Assembly: GCA_017474125.1 (NCBI GenBank)
Contig: JAFVIF010000076.1
Coordinates: 9,739-73,738 of the forward strand
Direction: 5' to 3'
DNA from: Clostridia bacterium
Lineage (GTDB): Bacteria; Bacillota; Clostridia; Oscillospirales; Acutalibacteraceae
DNA: 64,000 nucleotides
Shown: positions 44,488 to 52,147 of the stretch, piece after piece
How the letters are laid out: each line of letters begins with the position of its first letter
How positions within the stretch are numbered: the stretch's first letter is position 1
Program-made: the position numbers and the translations under genes
Notes under the pieces: model-generated
Told to the model about the DNA's origin: nothing
The model's database searches: none
The model's input: only the letters and a program-made list of their open reading frames with translations

Positions 44488-45879
44488 TCAGGCTTCCCAC
44501 TCGAATTCGTCAAGCGGGTACATAGGCCTGATAATTTTCTTAAGACCGAGCTTTTCAAGCTCCACACAGCTGGCTCCCATTGAGAGAGCAAAGATTTCTC
44601 TGTCGGCGAAGGGCTTAAGCTCCTGGAACAAATAACCCAGCTTTACGGTAACAACCTCGTAAGAAAGCAAATCAACCCTTGCTTCGTCGAAATTACGTTT
44701 TTCTATAAAGGCGCAACGTTTTTCTGCAAAAACGGCGTCAATATTCCCAAAGCTAAGGCACAAGCTTCTGCCTATAAGCTCTTTTCCCCAGCCCAGAATA
44801 TTACCGTGGGACTTGACGGTCGCCTTTTTACCGAATTTATCGACAAAAACCTCTTCTCCGTCCTTTTTATCCCAAAAAGCTTCTACAAGCTCAGGGTCGG
44901 TAATACCGGCAACACAAATTCGCTTTTCGGAGTTGCTTTTAAGGAAAAGCTCTAACATTTCGGTGCTTTCCCCTTCTGCGCCGGCCGTCGTGTTATCGCC
45001 GCTGTCGGTAACAAAAATTCGGTTTTCCTTACCCATTAAAGCCAGCTCTACGGATTTCTCTACACTTTCGGCTTCAATTTTAAACCTATATATTTTACGT
45101 GTTGCCCAAAGCTTATTTGCAAGATTCTTTGCAACACTCTCGGCCTCTTCTCGGCTTTTAGCGCAAACCACCGTTGAAGCGGAGGTGTTTTTTGCATCTA
45201 TCCAGCAGTGACCCAAAAAAAGATTTGCAGAATAAATGCTTTCCTGCTGTTCAAGCTGTAAGGTTTCTTCTATAAGCGTTTTAAGCGGTTCTTCACGTGT
45301 TAAAAGGGTGTCGTTCTTTAAAAGGAAGGGCACTCTTTGAATATACATAATCGGTTTTTCTCCGCTTTTTAACGCTCTTATTAAGCAGTTGGCGGCACGA
45401 AGCTGACTTTCCGCTTGGTCGGTATGAGGAACTGTTTTAAAGCCGCACACAATATCAGCATAGCTGCACAGCTCGTCGGTTATATTGGCATGAGCATCCA
45501 TAGTCAAAGAAATCACGCATTTTTCCGAAACTATTTTACGTATTTCCTTTAAAAGATAAAGCTCACCGCTGCCAATTTCCTCTACCTCCATACTTCCGTG
45601 GAAGAAAATATAAACTCCGTCAGCATCCAAGTTTTCTTTTACTGTTTCAATAATCTCTTCCGCATAGTGAAAGTATATATCCTTTTCAACCGTTCCTGCA
45701 GGAAGGGCAACCGCATAAATTGCGGGGACAACCTCATAACCCGCCTTTTCAAAAACGTCTTTTACAACAAGCTTTTTGAAAATATCTTCGCCCTTAAAAT
45801 ACTCAAAATCATACTTTTGAGGGTGGGTTTTTGCGCGGCTGTTGGACTCGCATTGAAATGATGCACAAATGATTTTCAT
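44488..45879 (-). CDS. M81 family (MlrC-like) metallopeptidase-fold protein
   Basis: Start set at ATG 45879 (GGAGTGAG RBS). The N-terminus MKIICASFQCESNS matches the MlrC-type start (hxESN). The 121-codon upstream extension in the ORF track is AT-rich promoter sequence. Confidence 0.65.
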   Translation of the reverse strand: MKIICASFQCESNSRAKTHPQKYDFEYFKGEDIFKKLVVKDVFEKAGYEVVPAIYAVALPAGTVEKDIYFHYAEEIIETVKENLDADGVYIFFHGSMEVEEIGSGELYLLKEIRKIVSEKCVISLTMDAHANITDELCSYADIVCGFKTVPHTDQAESQLRAANCLIRALKSGEKPIMYIQRVPFLLKNDTLLTREEPLKTLIEETLQLEQQESIYSANLFLGHCWIDAKNTSASTVVCAKSREEAESVAKNLANKLWATRKIYRFKIEAESVEKSVELALMGKENRIFVTDSGDNTTAGAEGESTEMLELFLKSNSEKRICVAGITDPELVEAFWDKKDGEEVFVDKFGKKATVKSHGNILGWGKELIGRSLCLSFGNIDAVFAEKRCAFIEKRNFDEARVDLLSYEVVTVKLGYLFQELKPFADREIFALSMGASCVELEKLGLKKIIRPMYPLDEFEWEA

Positions 45880-46011
45880 AATGGTCTCACTCCTTATATA
45901 AACATTATAACAGTTAGCATTTTCATTAGCAGTAGATGAAATAAAACAAAAAGTGTAAAAAATAAAACAAATATTTTTAATATTGACTTTTTTACATCTG
46001 TATGCTACCAT

Positions 46012-46875
46012 ATGGCTATGAAAAAATACTATACTTATACCGTAAAAAAGCTTATAACCGTTCAACAGCTCGTAACCATAGAGTATCTTCAGGTAGAAAA
46101 GGATTTCTTTTATCCGGAAGAATCTCATGACTTTTACGAATTTGTTTGCGTGGAAAAGGGCAGTATAATCTGTAAGACTGAAAACGAGGAGGTTTTTTTG
46201 CAAAAAAAGGATTTTTTCCTTATTCCGCCTAACCTTTCCCACTCTTACTGCGTAAAAGACACCGACGCTGCCACCGTTATTACGGTCGTTTGCTTTAAAA
46301 GTAAATCCAATATAATTTCAATTATCGACGGAATAAAGCATCTGGACGAAGACACCGTCGAGCTGGTCAAGAAAATTTTGAAGGAAGCCGCAGAAACCTT
46401 TGTGTTTCCCTTTGACAAAAAGCTTGCTCTTAATTCTCACCCTCGCCTCGGTTCTCAGCAATTAATAGAAAATTATATTGAAGAGCTTTTAATAAAGCTT
46501 GTTCAGCTTACCACATATAACAATCAAAGCTTCCGCATTGCCACAAACAGCTTTGACGTAAAAAAATCAATCACCAACGAAATTGTTAAAATGCTTAAAA
46601 GCAATATTTACGGAAAAATCACCCTTACGGATATATGCAACCGTATGTTTTACAGTAAAACCTTTTTAAATTCGGTTTTCAAAGAAAACAAGGGTGTTAC
46701 CATAATGCAATATTATCAGGCGCTTAAAATTGACGAAGCAAAATCACTTTTAAAGAAAAAGGAAAGTATAACCTCGGTTTCGGAAAAGCTTTGCTTTGAA
46801 AGCCCTCAATATTTTGCTAAGGTTTTTAAAGCAAAAGTGGGAGAAACCCCAACAAAGTACAAAAAAAACACATAA
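46012..46875 (+). CDS. AraC family transcriptional regulator (cupin + HTH), divergent from the nine-gene operon
   Basis: The C-terminus ITSVSEKLCFESPQYFAKVFKAKVGETPTKY is the AraC HTH signature. The start could be ATG 46012 or 46018. Confidence 0.85.
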   Translation: MAMKKYYTYTVKKLITVQQLVTIEYLQVEKDFFYPEESHDFYEFVCVEKGSIICKTENEEVFLQKKDFFLIPPNLSHSYCVKDTDAATVITVVCFKSKSNIISIIDGIKHLDEDTVELVKKILKEAAETFVFPFDKKLALNSHPRLGSQQLIENYIEELLIKLVQLTTYNNQSFRIATNSFDVKKSITNEIVKMLKSNIYGKITLTDICNRMFYSKTFLNSVFKENKGVTIMQYYQALKIDEAKSLLKKKESITSVSEKLCFESPQYFAKVFKAKVGETPTKYKKNT

Positions 46876-46900
46876 ACCTTGCGTTTATGTGTTTTTCTTT
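46866..46900. terminator. Intrinsic terminator overlapping the AraC stop codon
   Basis: AACACATAAAC cttgc GTTTATGTGTT plus a T-run, between convergent genes. Confidence 0.7.
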
Positions 46901-48193
46901 TTAGTTATCCATTCCAAAGCTCGAAATATAATCACTTACCGATTCTACCGTTTTATTCCTGCGCGATTTTTCGGCAGCAAAGCCTATTAAATGGTTTTTA
47001 GTAGAAATTTCAATGTTTGCGGCTTTATATCCGTCGTATTCGTCATTGATGTATTCGTAAAGTTCTCTTATAATTCCGATATCTCCGCCACCGTGACCGC
47101 CGTTGATGTCTTCCTGTGTTTCGGTAACGGGAACGTTGATTGTTTTTTTGCCTTCGAAAATTGAAAGGGTTATTTCTTTATCGGACATATTGGCGTAAAG
47201 TTCGCCCTTTGTGCCGAAAATACGTATGTATCTGCCGCCTAAATTAAAAGCGTTCATCGTGAGACTTGCCGTTACTCCACCCTCAAATTCCATATTAACA
47301 ACCTGATGGTCAACAACGTCGTTGTTGGCATGGAAAACGCACAGACCGTAATCGGTGGTTTTTAAAGCCTCTAACACTTCTTCGTCGGTAGGCTTTTCGC
47401 CCTTTGCGTTGTATCCTGCGGCGGCACCGCGGAACCAATCGCTCTTTGAATGGTAATAAAGCTTCATACAGTTGTATTCACAGGTATCTTTAATGGGACA
47501 AGTACCGTCTACACAGCGAACGGGCGCTCCTTCGGGCGCGTAGTCGGGCGTAAAGTAGGTAAGACTTCCGAAAGATTGAACGTTTTTGCAGGGCTTATCA
47601 ATAAGCCACTGAATAATATCCAAATCGTGACAACACTTTGCAAGAAGCATAGGTGTAGTTTCTTCTTCGCTGTGCCAGTTTCCTCTGACGTAGCTGTGAG
47701 ACTGATGAATGTTTCCAACACCTTCAACCTGAATAACCGACACAATGTCACCAATTTTTCCGTCCATAACAATCTCTTTGATTCTGTCATAGAAGGGGGT
47801 ATATCTCAGCACGTGGCATACTAACACTTTAACGCCTTTTTTCTTGGCGGCTAATGCAATATCGGCACACTCTTTAGCAGTTTGCGCGATAGGCTTTTCC
47901 AAAAGTATATTATAGCCAAGTTCAATTGCCTTTAAAGCAGGTTCGTAATGCATATCGTCAAGCATAGATATAATAGCAAGATCTGCCATTTTAGGTCTGT
48001 CTAATATTTCATCCCATGAATGATAACAGTTTTCTTCGGGAATGTTGTGCATTTTTTTGATTTTGTCGCGACGGCTTTGCGAAGGCTCTGCAATACCGAC
48101 AACGCGATATTTTTCTCCTAATTTCGTCATTTGGTACGCATAGGTGGTTCCTCTGCTTCCGCAACCCATTATAATAGCTGTTAAAGTTTTCAT
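46901..48193 (-). CDS. Gfo/Idh/MocA family oxidoreductase
   Basis: N-terminal Rossmann fold IIMGCGSRGTTYA and the EKP motif (LLEKPIA). GGAGGA RBS. Confidence 0.85.
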   Translation of the reverse strand: MKTLTAIIMGCGSRGTTYAYQMTKLGEKYRVVGIAEPSQSRRDKIKKMHNIPEENCYHSWDEILDRPKMADLAIISMLDDMHYEPALKAIELGYNILLEKPIAQTAKECADIALAAKKKGVKVLVCHVLRYTPFYDRIKEIVMDGKIGDIVSVIQVEGVGNIHQSHSYVRGNWHSEEETTPMLLAKCCHDLDIIQWLIDKPCKNVQSFGSLTYFTPDYAPEGAPVRCVDGTCPIKDTCEYNCMKLYYHSKSDWFRGAAAGYNAKGEKPTDEEVLEALKTTDYGLCVFHANNDVVDHQVVNMEFEGGVTASLTMNAFNLGGRYIRIFGTKGELYANMSDKEITLSIFEGKKTINVPVTETQEDINGGHGGGDIGIIRELYEYINDEYDGYKAANIEISTKNHLIGFAAEKSRRNKTVESVSDYISSFGMDN

Positions 48194-48303
48194 AATTAGT
48201 CCTCCATTGACTTTTGTATATGTTTATGGTAACATACTTTTGTATAAAATAATAGGATAATACTGTCAGAGTATTAGCACAATTTTGATATTTTGGTGAT
48301 TGT

Positions 48304-49134
48304 ATGAAAAAGTATGAGGAAGAACTTGCGCCGGTCAAATACGGAGCGAATGCCATAAGAACCGCATCGTATAAAATAGGAAAAGGTCAAAATGCTATTC
48401 CAATGCACTGGCACGACCGAATGGAGCTGATATATCTTAAAAGCGGTAAACTGAAAATTGGATATGAAGAAAATATTCAAGCTTTACATAGCGGCGAAAT
48501 ATATATAATTCCGCCAAAAACACCCCATTGGGCAATGTGTTTAAGTGAAAAAGCCCACTGGGACGTTTTAATGTTTGATATTCGCTATTTTTATAACACC
48601 GTACCCTTAAGCTGTGACATACTTCCCACTATTTTCGACGGCAGAGCAAAATTCAAAATGACTTTAAAAAGCGACGAAACGGCAGAATGCTACCAAAGAC
48701 TTATAGAAGCCGCAAACAAAAACACCTTTGAAAGCGTTGCACTTATTTACCGTTTAATTGATTTGCTATTTAAAAATGCACTTCTGGAAGTGCAGGAAAA
48801 CGTAACGAAAGGTAAATACGTAATAGAAGAAGCACTGGAATTTATTAAAGAAAATTTAGATAAAGATCTTAATACAAAATTTCTTGCAGAAAAGTTTAAC
48901 TATTCCGAAGAGCATTTTTGCCGCCTTTTTAAAGAGTCCACCAAAGTCACCCCTACCAACTATATAAAAATCAACAGATTAAACAAGGCCGCCAACCTGC
49001 TAAAAGGCTGTAACCACAGCATAAGCGAGGTTTCCGCGCTTTGCGGCTTTAACGACCATAATTACTTTACTCGTTGCTTTAAGGCGCATTATGGAATAAC
49101 CCCTACGGAATATATAAAACGCGAAAAGCTTTAA
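48304..49134 (+). CDS. AraC family transcriptional regulator (cupin + HTH)
   Basis: The C-terminus ISEVSALCGFNDHNYFTRCFKAHYGITPTEY is the AraC HTH signature. Divergent from the Gfo/Idh/MocA gene. Confidence 0.85.
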   Translation: MKKYEEELAPVKYGANAIRTASYKIGKGQNAIPMHWHDRMELIYLKSGKLKIGYEENIQALHSGEIYIIPPKTPHWAMCLSEKAHWDVLMFDIRYFYNTVPLSCDILPTIFDGRAKFKMTLKSDETAECYQRLIEAANKNTFESVALIYRLIDLLFKNALLEVQENVTKGKYVIEEALEFIKENLDKDLNTKFLAEKFNYSEEHFCRLFKESTKVTPTNYIKINRLNKAANLLKGCNHSISEVSALCGFNDHNYFTRCFKAHYGITPTEYIKREKL

Positions 49135-49228
49135 AAATTGTATCGAAAATGTTAAAATTTATCGTTTTTACCATTGAATTTTTATAAAAAAATGAATACA
49201 ATTAACTAAAAAAACGGAGGGTTATATT

Positions 49229-49996
49229 ATGGATTTCACGAATAAAACAGCAATATCAACAGGCGCCGCAAGCGGTATGGGACTTCTTTTTGCGCAAAAT
49301 TTCGCCGACCTTTACGGAAACGTAGTTATGTGCGACATAAATGAAGAAGTGCTTAACGAAAAGGTTAAAGAAATTAACGCAAAGGGTAAAGGAAAAGCCG
49401 TTGGCGTAGTTTGTGACGTGCGTGATTATAATCAGGTTTGCGCCGCAAGAGATAAAGCTGTAACCGAATTCGGCAGTATTGACGTTATGGCAAACTTTGC
49501 AGGCGGATATGCGCTCAGAATGCTGAAGGTTGATACACAGCAGTATCCCGAATTTCCCGACGTGCCCATTGAGGTTTTCGATTGGGGACTTGACGTAAAC
49601 CTAAAGGGTCCCTTCTATTTTGCTCACGCTGTACTCAGCCAAATGAGAGAGCAGAAAAGCGGACTCATTATAAATATAGGTTCAATTTCAGGCGCCGAGG
49701 GCAGCTCGTTTGGAATGGAATACCCCACCGCCAAAGCGGGACTTATGTACGGACTTACAAAGTCTATTGCACAGTACGGCTCAAAGCACGGAATAAGATG
49801 TGTTTGTGTTTCCCCCGGACCTGTGCTCACCCGTGAAGCTATGGCGAATATGAAAACCCTTATGGGCAGAGCCGCCGAGCCGCAGGAAATAATTGATTTA
49901 TGCTTATTCATAGCATCTGATAAAGGACAGTTTATTAACGGCGAAAACATTATGATTGACGGCGGACGAAACGCCGCACCGCGCTGGTGCCGATAA
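49229..49996 (+). CDS. SDR family oxidoreductase
   Basis: TGAASGMG cofactor motif, a catalytic Y-x-x-x-K (YPTAKAG), and a PGPV motif. Confidence 0.85.
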   Translation: MDFTNKTAISTGAASGMGLLFAQNFADLYGNVVMCDINEEVLNEKVKEINAKGKGKAVGVVCDVRDYNQVCAARDKAVTEFGSIDVMANFAGGYALRMLKVDTQQYPEFPDVPIEVFDWGLDVNLKGPFYFAHAVLSQMREQKSGLIINIGSISGAEGSSFGMEYPTAKAGLMYGLTKSIAQYGSKHGIRCVCVSPGPVLTREAMANMKTLMGRAAEPQEIIDLCLFIASDKGQFINGENIMIDGGRNAAPRWCR

Positions 49997-50112
49997 AAGT
50001 GCGTTGTTCTTATCGGAGAAAATAGAATTCTTTTAAATTCAGCTAAGAACCGGCAAGTGCATTTGTAAGTACAAATGCATTTGGGCAGTAGCCCAAACCC
50101 ACTAACAACAGA

Positions 50113-50154
50113 AAAGAGAAGATTCGTATCATAACGAGTCTTCTCTTTCTTTTT
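50113..50154 (+). terminator. Intrinsic terminator, 117 nt downstream of the SDR gene
   Basis: AAAGAGAAGA ... TCTTCTCTTT followed by CTTTTTG. Confidence 0.7.
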
Positions 50155-50163
50155 GTCTGATAA

Positions 50164-50360
50164 GTGATATGCTGACTAAAGTCAGCGTGATATTTTCGCT
50201 TTGCGAAAGTGATATGAAACCTATCGGTTTCGTGATATTCTATTCGCCCATAAACTTGCGAAGCAAATATCACTCGGCGTAAGCCGAATAACACTGCGTT
50301 GCAATATAACTCGCCGTCAGGCGAATAGAGTTGCGTGATACTCTTAACGGAGTATCACGC
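50164..50360. repeat. Heptamer-punctuated mini-hairpin array, copy B
   Basis: GTGATAT at 50164, 50187, 50209 and 50232 (spacing 22-23 nt). Each is followed by a different perfect hairpin (GCTGAC-taaa-GTCAGC, TTTCGC-ttt-GCGAAA, GAAACC-tatc-GGTTTC). Further right come ATATCAC (50267), ATAACAC (50288) and ATATAAC (50304). The element ends in an 11-bp hairpin, GCGTGATACTC/GAGTATCACGC. Confidence 0.7.
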
Positions 50361-50382
50361 CAAGCCGGCAAGGGGTTTTTCT

Positions 50383-51960
50383 TTAGCCGAGAGACTGTTT
50401 TTTGCTTGTAACAACCTCGTGGTCGTAGCATTCAAATTTTTCATCAACCTTTTCGGGGAGAGTTTTCTGAGTCAGCAAGCTGACAATGGGGACTAAAATT
50501 AAACCGCCCACCATTGCGAATACACCCGAATAAAGGGAATTTGTAAATATAAAGCTGATTACGGGTATGCCTGCAGCCTTTATCCAGCCAAGGCTTACAC
50601 AAAGCTGAATTATTTCAAGACCTACGCCGAAAATAAAGCTTGCGGCAACCGCGGCCTTGGTAGTCTTTTTCCAGTAAAGACCGTACATAAAGGGGGCGAG
50701 GAAGGCGCCTGCAAGGGCACCCCACGAAACACCCATCATTTGAGCAATAAACATATTGTTCGACCAAACAGAATCCTTAAGAATGGCGATAATTGCGGAA
50801 ACGGCGATAAAGAATACTATAAAGAGTCGCATAATAAGTACGCTTCTTTTTTCGCTGATTTCCTTTTTTAAGCTCGGCTTTACAACATCAAGGGTAATGG
50901 TAGAAGCGGAGGTAAGCACGAGGGAGGAAAGAGTAGACATTGATGCCGACAGCACAAGCACTATAACGAGAGCAACGATAACGGGAGCTAATTCGCCGAG
51001 CATGGTAGGAACAACCTTATCGAAAAGGACCTTGCCGCCGTTTATAAAGCCGCTTGATACCATTTTATCTTCATATAAACGACCGAAGCCGCCGAGGAAA
51101 TAGCAACCGCCTGCAACTATAATAGCAAACAGGGTGGAAATTACGGTGCCCTTTTTAATGGAGGCCTCATCCTTTATAGAGTAGAACTTACCTACCATTT
51201 GAGGCAGTCCCCAGGTACCGAGCGAGGTAAGCATTACGACAAAGAAAAGGAATACGGGGTTGGGGCCGAACATAGCGGTATACTGCGTTCCTGCGCTAAC
51301 TCCCAAGGCTTCAACTGCGGCGTTAAAGCCGCCGTTTTCCATTAATACAGAGGCAATAACGGCAATGATACCCACAAGCATTATAACGCCCTGAATAAAA
51401 TCGTTAACGGCGGTAGCCATATAGCCGCCGAAAATTACGTAGATACCCGTAAGGATTGACATAACCACAACTATTACCCAGTAATCAACGGCAAAAACGT
51501 TATTGAAGAGAGAGGATAGTCCGTTATAGAGGGATGCGGTATAGGGAATGAGGAATATGAAGGTTATAAAGGAAGCCACTACCTTTAAGGTTTTGGAATC
51601 AAAACGCTTTTCAAAAAAGTCGGGCATTGTTTTACTGCCTAAGTGCTGTGTCATAACTCTTGTTCTTCTGCCCAGCACGCTCCAAGCAAGCAAGGAGCCG
51701 ATAAAGGCGTTACCTAAGCCAATCCAGGTGGAGGCAAGACCGAAGTTCCAGCCGAACTGCCCTGCATAGCCTACGAAGATAACAGCCGAAAAATAAGAGG
51801 TGCCGAAGGCGAAGGCGGTAAGCCACGGGCCTACGTTTCTGCCGCCCAGCACAAAGCCGTCAACACTTACCGCATTCCTTCTGCAATAAAATCCAACCCC
51901 TATCATAAGGCCGAAAAAGCAGAGTAGCAACGGTATTGTAATAATTACTGTAGTTGTCAT
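50383..51960 (-). CDS. Sodium:solute symporter (SSS) family transporter
   Basis: 525 aa with about 13 TM helices and an SSS-like pattern (GGRNVGPWLTAFAFGTSYFSA...). GAAAGGG RBS. Confidence 0.8.
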   Translation of the reverse strand: MTTTVIITIPLLLCFFGLMIGVGFYCRRNAVSVDGFVLGGRNVGPWLTAFAFGTSYFSAVIFVGYAGQFGWNFGLASTWIGLGNAFIGSLLAWSVLGRRTRVMTQHLGSKTMPDFFEKRFDSKTLKVVASFITFIFLIPYTASLYNGLSSLFNNVFAVDYWVIVVVMSILTGIYVIFGGYMATAVNDFIQGVIMLVGIIAVIASVLMENGGFNAAVEALGVSAGTQYTAMFGPNPVFLFFVVMLTSLGTWGLPQMVGKFYSIKDEASIKKGTVISTLFAIIVAGGCYFLGGFGRLYEDKMVSSGFINGGKVLFDKVVPTMLGELAPVIVALVIVLVLSASMSTLSSLVLTSASTITLDVVKPSLKKEISEKRSVLIMRLFIVFFIAVSAIIAILKDSVWSNNMFIAQMMGVSWGALAGAFLAPFMYGLYWKKTTKAAVAASFIFGVGLEIIQLCVSLGWIKAAGIPVISFIFTNSLYSGVFAMVGGLILVPIVSLLTQKTLPEKVDEKFECYDHEVVTSKKQSLG

Positions 51961-52013
51961 AAAACCAACCCTTTCACATTTTAGTGGTTTAAAGCGTTAA
52001 ACTGTATGAATAC

Positions 52014-52042
52014 ACTTTAGCACTTTAAAGCGTGTTTGTCAA
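52014..52042 (-). promoter_or_regulatory. Sigma-A promoter for the symporter gene (mirror copy)
   Basis: Minus strand: TTGACA aacaCGCTTTAAAGTGC TAAAGT (17-nt spacer). Confidence 0.6.
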
Positions 52043-52080
52043 CACCTTTTTTTAATTTTTTTCCAAAAAGCCGATTTTTG

Positions 52081-52109
52081 TTGACATTTTCGCTTTAAAG
52101 TGCTAAAGT
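52081..52109 (+). promoter_or_regulatory. Sigma-A promoter for the acyl-CoA synthetase-iorAB operon (mirror copy)
   Basis: TTGACA ttttCGCTTTAAAGTGC TAAAGT (17-nt spacer). The spacer core and -10 are the same as in the divergent promoter. Confidence 0.6.
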
Positions 52110-52147
52110 ATTATTGGTAGATTTTTATCATTTTGAGGTTGTTTATT

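Noticed and set aside
45985-46020. Possible leaderless transcript for the AraC gene (TTGACT-17-TACCAT immediately followed by ATGGCTATG).
   Set aside because: The -10 hexamer is weak, and alternative hexamers exist in this AT-rich region. It cannot be supported without TSS mapping.
45880-46242. 121-codon N-terminal extension of the MlrC-like ORF (the ORF track gives 44488-46242).
   Set aside because: The extension is AT-rich, hydrophobic nonsense (…ILFYLKILYGYELLNGYKLFYG…). It overlaps the divergent AraC gene start and its promoter. ATG 45879 has a GGAGTGAG RBS and gives a family-typical N-terminus.
50043-50294. 83-aa ORF on the minus strand across the repeat element.
   Set aside because: There is no RBS. 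The sequence periodicity (…YH…HIT…KYH…HIT…) simply mirrors the DNA repeat, and the ORF spans terminator hairpins. It is most likely non-coding.
50164-50360. CRISPR array interpretation of the GTGATAT-punctuated repeats (also 23281-23455).
   Set aside because: The repeat is only 7 nt and the 'spacers' are 15-16 nt and each self-complementary. The heptamer orientation inverts midway, and no cas genes or leader are present. This is inconsistent with CRISPR.
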